A stretch of 64,000 nucleotides of DNA. Origin: Mizuhopecten yessoensis. Lineage: Eukaryota. Position numbers and translations under genes: made by a program. The first letter of the stretch is position 1, and each line of letters opens with the position of its first letter. Shown here one piece after another: positions 26,456-41,200 of this stretch. The notes below the pieces were generated by a model, which did no database searches, was not told where the DNA came from, and was given only the letters and a program-made list of their open reading frames with translations. The stretch lies in assembly GCF_002113885.1 (NCBI RefSeq), contig NW_018408629.1, forward strand, positions 2,189,971-2,253,970. The letters are read 5' to 3'.

Positions 26456-29400
26456 TTAGTGCAGGAAACCTGTACATGTATAATACGACAGATGTGAAAA
26501 CACTGTTTGATTTTAGCTGAAATCTAATAAAAAGAAATAATTGAAAATGAAATAAAACGGCAGTAATTGCAAACCATTTTACAATCTTGTCTGCTGAATT
26601 ATATATCATTATGAAAACAATGTGATCGCTCGTTTCATAATACTCAGTTTTCATCAAATGTTAAATGAGTGGAAAATGTTGTCTGAGTATAAACTTTCTT
26701 CCTACACACTTGGTTTATTTCTTTGTTACTGTCTACTTACAGTCCTCAGTCCTATATATATATATGTAAGTAGTATCCTAGTCAAATCAGGACTACAGTA
26801 ATTATTCATTGTATATTTTTAATTTGTATTTTATTAAACCATCTTAACAACGGACGTGATGATTCTTAACTTATAAAAGGGTAAGCTGTCAACAACACTC
26901 ACCTGTTTGAAAATTTACATCCGTAAAACCTACAAAAAAGGATAAAATGTCACTTGTCATAGAACATCTCTTTAATCTACGAGCATAACTTCTAGAAAGC
27001 CGTTAATTCTGTTTATAAGTCTGATTCTGGAACAAGAAAGCCGGAGCTATATTATACTGTTTCTATTGAGTAGCCCCCCTTTGGTTCATCATAGGTTCAG
27101 AACATATTTGTATATTTTTTTAAAAAGTTTTTGTTAGCTTTTCAAAAGTTTACTCCCCGATGATGCCTTCCTCATCGATACATCATCATATATCAGTAAA
27201 AACGATTTTAATGCTTTAATTTTCAACTAGACTGTGGCAGTTTATAACACCACAAGGCTGGAGTAGGAATATTTTAAGTATATAAGGAGTTTAAAAAAAA
27301 TGTTTATGTACTGTTTTATGACGGGTCCTTGCATAATAACACGCAATCTGGATGGAGAGGAAGAAAACTGTTCAGTTGGTTCACTTGCCACCAGCTCATT
27401 GTTAGTTTACTTTATATTGACAGTAAAACCTCATTATGCTGCCACCATTTGTCCAGAGAAATGTTGGCACTATAAAGGGGTTTGGCGATAAATTGAAGGA
27501 AATGTCTGAAGGATTTCTTAAGAAAACGAGAAAAAAGGGACATTGAAATATGTTGGCGGTAAACAAAGTGACAAATGAAACAAGGGGTGTACTATCCAGG
27601 TTTTACTGTGTTTAACTAACTTGTCGTAACGTAAACAAGACTCTGTTTTTGGAAATCTTAAGTCAAACTATACCTTTTTCCCCACCACAGTGTTTTATGT
27701 ATTACATTAGAAATTCTCAATTGATGTTGATAAAATTATGAAGATTTCGATTTCCTGTTATGTGTATTTATGACCTTTTTTGTTAGTTGTTAATTGTTTC
27801 TATTTTCTTCATTTTTGTGTCGCCTGCAACACAAGGCGACATATAGATATTACTCTGTCGGTGGCGTCAGTTGCGTCATCCGAAACAAGAGTTTCCATGC
27901 GTTCATTTCAGAAGTTTACGTGAATTTTTGGTGGAGTTATGCCCCTTTTATTGCCAAATAAGGGCATTGTGTAGCAAACGAAAGAACTTTTTTTTTTAAT
28001 CGAATCCTTTCAAATTGTGAACCGTTATGCTAGAAACAATAATGTTCAACATATATTACAGGTTTTTCTGTCGAGTTTCAACTTTCTGCGTTTTGGCATA
28101 TCTGTTTACGCGACAAGTCAAGCCAAAACACTTTTCTTACTAAAAGCGCTGAGCATACATCCACTCCCTAGGAATTCTTGTTCGAAAGCAGTGTTAACTT
28201 TTTCTTTGTTAGTTTTGAAACTTTTGATAGGAATTGGTCCAATTTGTTTAATAATTTCCTGGTGGTTCCCATGCTACTATTGGAACTCTTGTTTCCCTAT
28301 CATTTGAAATGAATTGCTTATCCACCTAAGTAGTTTTTCATTAATTACTTTTTGCCTGAATGTGTCTTGCAATTTCATCAGGTATAGAACTGTGTACACA
28401 ACATTTACTCAATCCAGCCAACAGAAAATAGAGTACCTATTCCAACTAAACATTAGGCTGTTGTAAAATTTTGAACTTTTTTCTATTGAGCAGCATTTAA
28501 GAAAATTGAAAAAACGTTTGTGGAAGTTTTACCTCACTTGTTCTTGTACTGTACTCCCATCTTCACTTTGTTGGATATAACCTCTGCATACAATATTGTT
28601 TTGTGTAATGTGTAGTATTCAAACCCTGCATCTATATATTAGCGAAATTATTAAGGAGATTTTGTACATTTTTACTGCTTTCTCCTGGTGAATTTGTGTA
28701 AATAACATCAGATATGTAACAGTAGCTTCTATAATCAAGCCAGGATTTTCTTCATATCATGAAAAAGTGATTACTTTTAATATTTCCTTTTTATCAGTAT
28801 TGTCCAGTTTTACAATTTGTAATGTAACATTTTATATTGTGACATGTGATTTTTCAAATACATAGAAGACAATGACATTGATACCTGTATACAGAATTCA
28901 ACATCAAATGAAGCAGAAATTAAGTGGGGTTTTTTGCCTCGCAAGTAAGTGATGCAGAGTATTAAATGTTAACATAATAAAGGAAATGTCACATTTAAAA
29001 ATTACATTATATTGTCATTAATGTTGTCGAATATACTTGAGAATGTAATCTGTGTGGTTGTGCCTTGTGATTTTTGCAACTTAATTTAGATCATATTTTG
29101 CCAGCAAAATCAAGACATCAGGTCCGTCTTATAAAAATGAACTGTTAAAAAGGAATTTCTGTAGGAGAAGATTTCAACATTGTCAATGTTGATGTTTGTT
29201 CCTTGCAGTAAACAAGCCTTTATACTAGCTAAGTGTTTTTTGTTATTAAGACTTGTGGGTAAGTTGTAATAGATCACCATTGTTAACAATGCATTGGAGG
29301 CAGAATATTGGCCTTTTTGTTACGGTGTAATATTGAAAAATGTAAGGCTCCTCCGCCGACTTCTTCCGACACTAAATAGATTAGGGACTAATAATGCCTT

Positions 29401-31254
29401 CCTGTGTTACTTCTGAATTCCAGCTGTAGTCTAGTGTAGTCTTTTATAGATCAATGTTAGTGGCCAGTTAGTGGGTATCGTGTTGTGATTTAGGTGTACA
29501 TGGATACTCTTCATCAAGTTCAAGTTGCTCATTTTCATTGACACCTTTTACTTACCTTTGTCAGTGGAAAAACTTTGTCATAACAGAATTCCTCATCGAC
29601 ACTTTCACTTCCTATGAACAAGGGAAAACTTGAGACTAAGCAGAAATTACCATTTAGCTAGGGGGGGGGGGGGGGGATCTATAATCAGATACCATTTTTA
29701 GTTCTCTATTCACAGGATATGAAGTTAAAATTTCATTCAAAAGAAATCTTTGTTATAACATGGTTTTATTTTTTACATACACCCCTTTTTGTTTCGCATT
29801 TTCCTAGGGCTTAACCATCCAAGACAAAAAGATTGAATTCAGATTATTTAAAAAAAAATTATTGGAATGATTAAAAAAAACCTTCATATCAAACTGATGC
29901 TACTTAATAGTTTTATTAGTTGAGTCCTGGTGTTTGCTTTGGAATGTTTGAATTCTCACCTGTTGGTACCAGTGCTTGTGGCAAATGCTGTGATAAACTA
30001 TAAAGTACGATTTACTGGATTCCCATTGGTCATTGCATCACCTAGCCAGATGTACAATTGTTTGATTTGGGAGTTAAAAGGGGGAATTGTCGTCGTTAAA
30101 AAAGAAAACATGAACTTAATGAGGTTCCACTGTAAATATTCAGTAAAATGAGAATTTTTAGTATCTTCCCATTTACTAATTCTTCCCTACACTTTTAACA
30201 TTCAATTTGGTAAGGTCCAAATGGGACTTTAGGTAGGGGTGAATGGGTTAAACATCATTGATTCTAACTTCTGTCATAGCATAATTTTAATACTAGCCTT
30301 ATTATGGTGTACAGTCTTCATGTGCATCATTGTATCCTCATCAATTTCCTTGTAGGTTTGGGTTATTTCCTTACAAATATGATGAAACATAAGTCTGTAA
30401 TTGTATATTGTATATCAGTAACTCCGTAACATCCGTGTGCATCTTCTCTGTATATTCAATGTTAATTGTATGATTACTGTAATATATACACGACGTAGTA
30501 TCTCTATTTACATGAATTTGTTTACTATAATAATCATTAAAAAAATCAAAATCAAAAAGATGATCAGCTTGTCCTTAACAAACAATAGTCGCAATGGGTA
30601 AACTATCTTGACAGCAATCCTGAAGAATATGATTGGAAGTCAAGGTCAGCATTAAAGAAAATGAACGGTGACCAAACATGCTTCGACAACAATAGCAAGG
30701 TACTCGACGATTTCATACAGTAGTCAAATGCTCTTAAGTATTTGCCTTTTAACATGTCAATTATGCACAGTTTTAAACTTCGATATGCTCCTTTTAACGA
30801 AATGAGACATGCCTGTACCATGTACATATCAATCGGTATATAAGGATCTTAAATAGGTAAACAATTGTAGAACAACAAAGTTAGAAAAATGTATTAACGT
30901 TCGCTTGCTGCTTAATGTATGTAATTATAATGTGACGTTTGACGTTGAAAAGGTAACAATGGCAGCATTCTTTTGTTTCTCCAATTCATTGCAGATTACT
31001 ATTTCTCCCATTTTGCCAAACCAGTATAACCAATTAAGGAAAAGTTAAAATAAAACTGCCTGCCTGATCGACCTCTTCACGTACGTCTACCTCCCAGGAC
31101 ATTTTTCAGTGAGATAGCACTATGAAAGTCAGTATCAGATCTGCCCTATTACAAGAAGGCAAGTACACCAATATACCCTGTCTCTGGCACACATGCACGC
31201 TTACATAAGCACATGGAGGCACGTCTTTAAATGACCTTGGCTGTTAATATGACC

Positions 31255-32106
31255 TGAATCGCTCACCTGGATATCTAAGCAATCATGGCAAAATATTCTC
31301 CAAATGAGATCCAAGGGAATATGCCAGACCCCAAGGCCAATCCTTGTAGCATATGTATATTAAACTTTTCATGCCCAGCAATTTTATGTATGGTTATGGG
31401 TTATGACTGCATTCGTCTCTTTTTGCCCAGCATTTGTATTTATAGTTTTGGGGTGGGGATCTCAACTGTTTCAAAGTTATGACCCAGGGGTTAAGTCTGC
31501 AAAGGTGGGGCAGACCCTGGGATCCATTCTAATATCATGACTGCATTAGTCTCTTTATGCCCAACAATTGTATATATAGTTTTGGGGTGGGGATCTTAAC
31601 CATTTTGAAGTTATGGCCCAGGGGTTAAGTCTCCAAGGCTGGGGCAGACCCCAAGGCCATCCAGGAAGCATATGTGCATTCATTTCTTTATACTCAGCAA
31701 TTGTATATATGTTTTTTTTTGGGCGGGGATCTCAACTGTTTCCAANGGGGGGGGGGGGGGGGGGGGTCAGCTCCACCATTTGTACAATTTTGAAAACCCA
31801 CCACCTAGGGATGCTTCCAGTGAAATATGGTTGATATCCATCTCTTAGTTCCAGAGAAGAAGTCGCTTAAAGCAATATAGCCAAATTGCCCCCTTTTGGC
31901 CCCGCCCCTCAGCCCCCTGTAGGGTCAGCTCAACCATTTGTAAAGTTTTGAATCCCCACCACCTAGGGATGCTTCCAGTCAAATTTAGTCTAATTCCAAT
32001 CAGTGGTTAAGAAGAAGAAGTCGTTCACAGAAATTATTGACGTACAGACGACGGACGCTACGGTATCGCATAAGCTCACCTTGGTCCTTCGGACCAGGTG
32101 AGCTAA
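31255..32106 (-). mobile_element. HINE of a second family with internal tandem units
   Basis: gctcacct subterminal repeat at 31261; repeated internal blocks (tatagttttggggtggggatct, ccacctagggatgcttccagt); gacggacg microsatellite; terminal hairpin agctcacc-ttggtcc-ttc-ggacca-ggtgagct. Confidence 0.75.
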
Positions 32107-33358
32107 TAAAAAACAACAAAGCAAGGACCATTTTTTCCACTGATAAAGTTTCTCATGTTTTCAACATGTTTCAAACGTAAAATTGGTGCATGAACAAATT
32201 GATTTAGACGTCTTTTTTCGTTACACATCCATGATTTTCACATCGATGTCAAATAAACTTGAGAATAGGATATAAAATATGTTTGAATTTATTTATTAAA
32301 TTTATTCAAAATATGAAAGTTCGTATTTAAAACATTTGACAAGTGTCTATTCAGAGGTTTCCTTGACAGAAACATTATTTTAGAACACAATTCACGTCAA
32401 TGTTAGGAATTAACATGTGAGATATCTCAACAAATATCAATTTTCAAGCAGGATCGCAATAACATACAAACGTACTGGAACCAGAAAAGACAAAAAAAAA
32501 ACCTTTTTATTTCAAAATGAAAATACACGTGATCTGTGAACAAAACACAGTATGACGTACAAGTGAGTTATTAAGCATCTAATACCAATACAACAATGTT
32601 CCCATTATTTAACATGGGGTACCAAGAACGTGAGATAGTAAATTATATCGAATTCTAGTAGTAACAGGTTGGTGATGTAGGGAAAACCCACAATGATTAT
32701 AATGCATACTACACACAACAGAATATCCATATAGCAACAACAATGCGAATCACTTCATTAACCAATACTGGAGACATTTTTGTTCGCCTAGAGCAGATTT
32801 ATCCAAAGAAGTTACATATTCACAGCGTATAAATAGAGATACCCTAAAATCTCAATTCTTAGGCGCGGTTTGTTTCCTATTTTAGTATGGAACCCCAGCC
32901 ATTTTTAGAAGCCGGCTTATTTTCAAGACTCTTATTTTCGAAGTCTTTTACACCGGTAGCAATCGAAGGATTGTTTTGATGTCCTTCCTTTTTTGCACAG
33001 AAAATGAATGATATACAGGTTTATAAATGAACATATTCTTTTCTTTTATCGAATTGTTACAACATGTATAACAAAACTAGGCTATTTGACTGTTACCTGA
33101 AAACTTGTTTTTGCATACTGGCAACATTTTGCTCGTACCTTAAATCTAACGCATCTTTTAAAGACGGCCTATTATCAAAGACGGCTTATTTGCAAATCCG
33201 TCTTATTTTCAAGTCATGTTTTTAACGAGATTTCAGGGGGTATGCTACATTACTGGTAAAGTGAGAGTCCTTGATTTAATGGGTATGAATATATTTGTAA
33301 ACAAGGTAACAATGGGCCCACTACATGATAAAATATGATGTCCATTTGTATTTGTTCC

Positions 33359-34486
33359 TTATTGTCCTGCAGGCGAAAGACTCATTTCCAAGAATTTTCT
33401 TTTCACAAAACACGTCCACCACTGAAAAGAGATAAGAAATCACAGTTGATAAAAGAGCATAGATATGAAATTAAACCAATGATTTGCGAAAAAATCCTTA
33501 ACACAAAGTGAACAACGTTAGTTGTCTTCTCGGACAAGGAGTATATTGCATTTGGCATTTATATAAGACATGTATCGCTGTGTCCGCTACAATCCATTGC
33601 AACTGTTGGAATATTTGTCTTACCGTGCTCTGCACAATTAAAGTTTAACTTTTTACCCAATGTTGCCCAGTATGCCAATTTGATGGGCCATTAAGACTAT
33701 AGCAAAACTTATCATAAACTAGAGAGAACAATAATTTCATATAAAATATATAATATGCGTGCTTCAACTTTTTAAAGGTTATTCTTAGAGACTAAAATGT
33801 TCTCGTAAAAAGGGGAGAAACGCATACTAGCTCTGGGTTTACAACTTCCCCACCCCTTATTCGGCATAACTATGTTGGTAAGCTTTCGAAAAATTATAAC
33901 TTCTGCTTTACAAACCTTGCCCCCTAACCCCCACCACGAGGAAAAAAATAGATAAGGCTAAGACTAGTCATATTTGTTTTCGTGACTTTATAGAGCGAAA
34001 TGTGAGGTCTAATTCGGTTAGTGCTGTGACAATTATTCATTATGTAAGTTAACGTAGAAATCCACTATGCAGCAACACCAACAAAATGTAGTTAATAGTC
34101 TTTCCAAACTGAAAAAGACGAGAAGTATTCAAGTCTTCTTTAATGCGATTTTTCAAAGAGAAAAGAAAATCAAGGACAGCGTTACTATACCTTGCTTGGT
34201 TTGTCTGTTTCAGAATCGATCACTTGTTCACACATACGAAGTGCTGTCTCTTGTCGGATCTGCTGGAGGTACGTCCTCATAGTATCTGTAAAATATATGG
34301 ATATGTTACATAAATGTATACTGTACATCACTTCTCCCTTATATAACAAAATAATGCTTATATATGCTTTCGGAAAAAAACCATTCGGAAAATGTATGAG
34401 GTCAATGCCATTCCATTTGTTTCAATGTGTTGGATATCCTGTGCTGTGAGATATACGATCACGTATGTTATAAAAAATATCAAAAC

Positions 34487-34517
<31 letters not shown>

Positions 34518-35220
34518 ATACACAATGGCTTTATTGTTAATTTATTTTATATTTTACAATCATTTTGATCATGATTAGAGTTGTCTCCCTTGAAAAAAAT
34601 CGAGACATTCTGCACGAAGATATTTTTTTTTTTTTTTNNNNNNNNNNNNNNNNNNNNNNNNNNNNNNNNNNNNNNNNNNNNNNNNNNNNNNNNNNNNNNN
34701 NNNNNNNNNNNNNNNNNNNNNNNNNNNNNNNNNNNNNNNNNNNNNNNNNNNNNNNNNNNNNNNNNNNNNNNNNNNNNNNNNNNNNNNNNNNNNNNNNNNN
34801 NNNNNNNNNNNNNNNNNNNNNNNNNNNNNNNNNNNNNNNNNNNNNNNNNNNNNNNNNNNNNNNNNNNNNNNNNNNNNNNNNNNNNNNNNNNNNNNNNNNN
34901 NNNNNNNNNNNNNNNNNNNNNNNNNNNNNNNNNNNNNNNNNNNNNNNNNNNNNNNNNNNNNNNNNNNNNNNNNNNNNNNNNNNNNNNNNNNNNNNNNNNN
35001 NNNNNNNNNNNNNNNNNNNNNNNNNNNNNNNNNNNNNNNNNNNNNNNNNNNNNNNNNNNNNNNNNNNNNNNNNNNNNNNNNNNNNNNNNNNNNNNNNNNN
35101 NNNNNNNNNNNNNNNNNNNNNNNNNNNNNNNNNNNNNNNNNNNNNNNNNNNNNNNNNNNNNNNNNNNNNNNNNNNNNNNNNNNNNNNNNNNNNNNNNNNN
35201 NNNNNNNNNNGAGAGAGAGA

Positions 35221-35260
<40 letters not shown>

Positions 35261-38200
35261 TCTGGGCCAGTAAAATAAAAAAAAAGATTTAAATAAGTTA
35301 ATTAAGAAGAATTATCTAGGAATCGAGGAGAGACGGAGAACATGAAAAATATGAAAAGCTGTTTTTACCTTGGTATTATTTAAATTAAACTTCCGCATAG
35401 TCTAATATTTTCATCCATTTTCTCCATTCTTTCTCAAACCTATCCTGTGCAGAATCACCTTGACTGTTTACAATATATTTTTGAACAGTATAATGTTCTT
35501 TAATCATGTTAACTAAGGCATTTGGGCTCAACGTTTGATGTCGACATCTTGTCTTATAAATATAAAACTTAATAATAATTAAAATTTCATTGTCAATTCT
35601 ATTATATGTCATACTCTCGTTTGCTACCAATAATCCAAAAAGAAAACTGATTTTATTAAATGAAAATGGGATAAAAAGTGCATCTAACAATATTTCAAAA
35701 CTTTGTAAAAAATTCTGTACTTCTCTACATTCCCACAAAATATGAATGATTGTTTCTTGTTCTAAATTACAAAGTGTACAGAGTGGACTTGTCACTAATC
35801 CTACTTTAAACATGGATGAATTTGTTGTCAAAATATGATGAACAATTCTATACTGAAACCATTGTAGTCTTGAATTTTTTGTTATTCTAAAAGGGGTCTT
35901 ATATATATCATTCCAATTAAAATTATTCAAATCCAATTTTTCTTCCCATTTTCTCCTCCCAGAAGCAATAGTATCTTTTTTTACCATAAGATTATAAAAA
36001 TCTTTTATCCCTTTTACTCTTTTTAAGAAAAATTTAATATTACAGGGTATGATAGGGTATACAATAGCATCCTTTTTACAATCAATTTTAACTAAATATT
36101 TCCTTATTGTAGTTAATACACCATGATATTGGATAAAATTTGTATTTACCTGATAAATTTGAGCAAATTCTTGAAATGTGTAAAAAGTGCAAGTCTCAAT
36201 GTCTTTTATTAAGTCATAAATTATAGTCACTCCTTTATTATACCATGTCTTGAAAAATATTGATTTTCCCCCAATAGTAAAATTCCTATTGTACCATAAT
36301 GGCATTTTCCAGATGCAACTTTCATTAATTTGTTTCACCCGCTCCTTTTCATTAAACCTTCTCCATGCTTTAAAGACATCTTTCCAAAAATAATTTGTGC
36401 ACTTATTAAGACATATTGGAATGTAATCACTTCCACAATGAGATAGCATATGTAAGTCAAGATGTGTTTCTAAGATAACTTGCCACTTGCCCGACTTCTG
36501 ATATAATCTCCGTATCCACCCTAATTTTAAGGAATCAATGAATGACCTTATATTAACCATTTTAAGACCTCCTTCAAAATAATTTTGAAATATCACATCT
36601 CTCCTTATTTTATCAGTTTTACTGTTCCATAAAAAGTTAAAGAGAACATTATTTAATTGATTCAAAAAAAGATCATCAGGATTTGGCAATGCAATAAATA
36701 AATGGTTAAATTGTGATATCATTAAAGATTTTATCAGATGGATTCTACCTATAGGAGTAAGTGATCTTCTGTTCCATGCCATGATAAGTGCTTTAAGTTT
36801 AATTAATTTTTTATCAAAATTTAATTTTGGGATTTCATGAAGATTGACACTAAATTCTATTCCCAGAAGCATGAATTTTGTCCTACCCCACTGCAATTTT
36901 AGATCAGGTAAAAATGTATCTTCACTATGTATTTTGCTCCCTATCCAAACCACCTGGGTTTTGTCTATATTTATCTTCAAACCAGATATTTTAGCGAAAG
37001 TATTCAATTCTGCTATCGACTCTTTTAAAGACCTTTCTGAACCATCTAAAATGAGAGAAGTATCATCAGCATACTGAGAAATAAGGATTGGACTTTTATT
37101 GACTTCTATACCCTTAATCTTATTGTTATTTCTAAGTCTTATGCCTAGTATTTCAACACACAAAATAAAAATGTAGGGGGCGATTGGATCACCTTGGCGA
37201 CAGCCTCTTTTTATGTTTAGAAATGATGAAAGATTACCACCTTGGTTTATAGTTGAACTTACATTGGTGTGCAGTAGTTTTATCCAGCATCTAATATCAG
37301 AACCAAAATTAAAATAATTTAAAACTTTATCAACAAATTCCCATGAGACTGAGTCGAATGCTTTCTCAAAATCTACCATTAATAACATACCTGGAATATA
37401 TCTTTCTTCTGCATATTGCATAATGTCATAAACTAATCTAGTATTTTCCCCTATATAACGGCCTGAAAGAAATCCTGTTTGATCTTCACTAATTAATTTA
37501 TCTAAAACTGTTCTAATTCTACCTGCTATCGATCCAGACGCTATTTTATAGACTATATTCAATAATGTTATGGGTCGCCAATTTTTTATGAACTGCCTAG
37601 GTTTATCTCCCTTGGGAATACATGTTATAATACCTTGCCTTTGTGTTACTGATAGCAAACCTTTCCTATACCCACAATTTATAGATCTAACAATGAACCC
37701 ACCTAGCTGTTTCCAGAAACACTTAAAAAATTCTACAGTAAACCCATCAGAACCGGGACTTTTGTTATTTTTCATATTTTTCAAAGTTTTTGTTGCTTCA
37801 TCTAAAGTAATTAACCCTTCTAGACCAAAAGAATCGTTATTTTCTAATTTTGAAACATCACATGTATTCAAAAAATCTGCTAAATCTATATCATCAATAT
37901 CAGTATTATTATCATATAACTTTTCATAAAATAAACGAACTTCTTCTAAAATTTCATTCTGTTGTGTAATAATAACATTATCATCTTTCTGTATCTTTGG
38001 TATAATCTTGGAAGTATAATTCCTATTTTCTAACTTGAAAAAATAATTTGTTGGCTTTTCTCCTTCCTCTTGCCATCTTGCCCTAGATCTAATTATACTA
38101 CCTCTTACCTTCCTCAACCTAATATTTTCCAATTCCCTTTTCTTAATTTCTAAATCTTCTATGTCTACATGTTCCTGCTCTTCAATAGTTTGTATTTTTC

Positions 38201-41200
38201 TCTTAAGATCATCTTCCTCCCTACTTTGCTGTTTCTTTCTATAAGATGAATAAGATATACTTTTACCTCTGATTTCCATTAATAATGTTTCAAGAAAAAG
38301 CTGGTCATCAATTACAAATTCTATTTCTGTATCTGGTATATTCATTATAGCATTCAGATTATACACTGGCAAAGAGTACTGAGTTTTTGTTTCTAAAATA
38401 ATATTTTTCACCATTTGATGATATTCTTCCTCATATAAAAGAGATGAATTAAATTTCCACAATCCCTTTCCCCGCTTGAATTCATTCAATTTTAAAACAA
38501 AAAAAATATCAAAAATATCAAAACTAATATGATGGGTAGGTATTCAGCCAGATGTTATGTATTAAATATAAGCAATACTATTCAAACATTTTCAACGTAT
38601 AAACGTTTCAAACTACGATCTAAATTGATAAATGTTAAAATGGGCAGCATTTACTCTTAGCCTTTTCCCAGACAGATAATATCAAATTTCTTAAGGTACT
38701 TTTTTGCAGACATTTGTCTTGCACTATTCCAATGTATTTGACTAAATGTTTTTTGTAAACAGTGGTTATAAGCATTAGTACCGTAATGTAGTTAAATAAA
38801 TTACAAACTCCACGTGTTACGCGCTCTATGCTCATGGAATATGTCATAGAAAAATGAAGGCACGCTGCAAGCTATTTAATTGGTTTTAGGTTGACAATTA
38901 CCCTGACCAATCGCAAGGCTGATAACTATTATTTGAAGATTACGAAGGAGCGACAACCGACTTTAAAGACAGTCAATGTTTTAGTGATGTACATCAAGTC
39001 TTGTCTTATCCACAAGGAGGCACACACTGGCCCTTCGTAATTGCCATGACATATTTCAGGGATTTAGAGAGCGTAAGTAAAACGCCGTTCCCGGATTTTG
39101 TGAAAGGGGATGTCTATGGGAAATACAGTTGGGGGAGGGGTCATGATCCCTAGTAGACCTCCTAAATACACCATTTATACGTATTTGATTTTGCAGGTAA
39201 AATTAAGAGGGAACTTGGTATATCTTTATTTGATGTCAAAAATACTAGTGTTAGCATAATGTATTTCATATCTTTATGCTGTTCCCATTAAATCAATTAT
39301 TATATATTAAGATCTAATCATTTTCAGTTTTATAAATAGTCTCGATATCATAATTAAATTATACCTTCTTCGCCGCGAGATGGTTTAGCATATAATGCAT
39401 TAAGCGGGAAACCAGGTTCTCCTGGAATAGGATACTTCTTCAATCCTAGGGTATGCATCTCTTTATGGCCCTGTTTCTGCGATGTACACTAGGAGTAAAG
39501 ATGTAAATTATTTGACTCCGTTAATAACTTATTCTGACGTTGTAAGACACAATCAAATACTTAGCATACTGTTAAACATGTCTCAGAACCTCATCATTTT
39601 TGATGGTTTAATCAATTGTATATACGCAACGTATTTCACATTAACATTGCCACTCAATCAGGATATCATACACATGACATTCAACATAAAAAAATGCACT
39701 TATATATAGGATCATTATATTCTTACATGAGTTTCATATCATATATGAGATTTATGAAACGAGTCTGGCGAGCTTAAATGAAAAATTCGTGACGAGTTTC
39801 ATGAAAACGAGTGTAAGATCCTTTTGATCATATAATCAAGATTTGGATTAGTGGCCTTGACACCAGACTTAGACATTTTGACAGTATGGTGCCCCCAAAC
39901 CCGACATCTATCTGTCAAAATGTCTCCCCACAACAAACATCTATCTGTCAAAATATCTCTCCACAACCGACATCTATCTTGGTCAAAATGTCTCTCCACA
40001 TTAGACATCTATCTCTCAAAATATCATTCCACAACAAACATCTATCTCTGTCAAAATGTCTCCCCACAACAAACATCTATCTGTCAAAATATCTCTCCAC
40101 AACCGACATCTATCTTGGTCAAAATGTCTCCACATTAGACATCTATCTCTCAAAATATCATTCCACAACAAACATCTATCTCTGTCAAAATGTCTACCCA
40201 CAACAAACATCTATCTCTGTCAAAATGTCTACCCACAACAAACATCTATCTCTGTCAAAATGTCTACCCACAACAAACATCTATCTCTGTCAAAATGTCT
40301 ACCCACAACAAACATCTATCTCTGTCAAAATGTCTACCCACAACAAACATCTATCTCTGTCAAAATGTCTACCCACAACAAACATCTATCTCTGTCAAAA
40401 TGTCTACCCACAACAAACATCTATCTCTGTCAAAATGTCGAAGTCTGATATCAGGGATAAAGGAAACAGAAGATAGCTTATCAAATACCAGCGGATGTCT
40501 CGATCTAGCAAACGTTGCTTGTCTGAGTAATATAGTAATTAACAAGCTGAATAATTATCAATTATACATACCTTTTGTAATTTCTTAATACATTCGGATA
40601 TGAATAATGTTATGTAGATCAGAGTACGATCCGCTTCGCTCTGCAAAACAACAGCAGTATAATGTTGATAAAAACATTTCTAATATTTTCTTTGTGCTTC
40701 TTGTCTAATTTTATGTTTAAATAAGGGCAAGCTTAGTATAAATATTTTATGAGACCAACGCCTGATACTTTAACGTCAATATCAAACATTAGCACAACGT
40801 AATAGCAGATAAATTAGGATTCAGAAAGATCTCATAATAAAAAAATCGTTGCAGATTTACTGTAATTATAATTAAGGTATATTCTCGGTATTATATGTTT
40901 TACAATATTTGAAGACATTTCACATGACATGGACTTTCCTCTTGGTATGAAAAGGAGTTTTGTATACTAACTATTTTAAAGATGAAGTTGATATTTCTCA
41001 CCTTTATTTCGTAGTTCTTGAAGAAAATATTGGATTTAAAGTAGTATATTCCCTCGTCCACTATATCAAAATCACTAGCTGAAAAAAAGAAGACACGCGA
41101 GAAGAGTAAATATCATGCTAGACAAGGACTTTCTGAAATGTTAGAGAATTCACCAAAATGTCACTTGTATAGATATTTAGTAAATACCATATCATTACAA

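Larger units (their letters stand above)
34487..38500 (-). mobile_element. Young 5'-truncated L1/Tx1-clade LINE in ARPC3-B intron 5 (sense to host)
   Basis: Uninterrupted 1034-codon ORF; poly(A) tail (T-run 34488-34513) after AATAAA (tttatt about 34530); 14-bp TSD AAAAATATCAAAAC at 34473-34486 and 38511-38524. Confidence 0.92.

Noticed and set aside
35211-35259. Tx1 element targeting a (TC)n microsatellite (Kibi/Koshi-like specificity)
   Set aside because: The poly(A) tail and TSD lie further out at 34473-34513, so the microsatellite is inside the element 3' UTR and is not the target.
34565-35278. 237-aa and 218-aa ORFs
   Set aside because: Artefacts of translating the N gap and (GA)n.
39799-40588. 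Overlapping ORFs of up to 196 aa, or a CRISPR-like array
   Set aside because: Products of a stop-poor 35-bp tandem repeat with no unique spacers, in a eukaryotic intron without cas genes.
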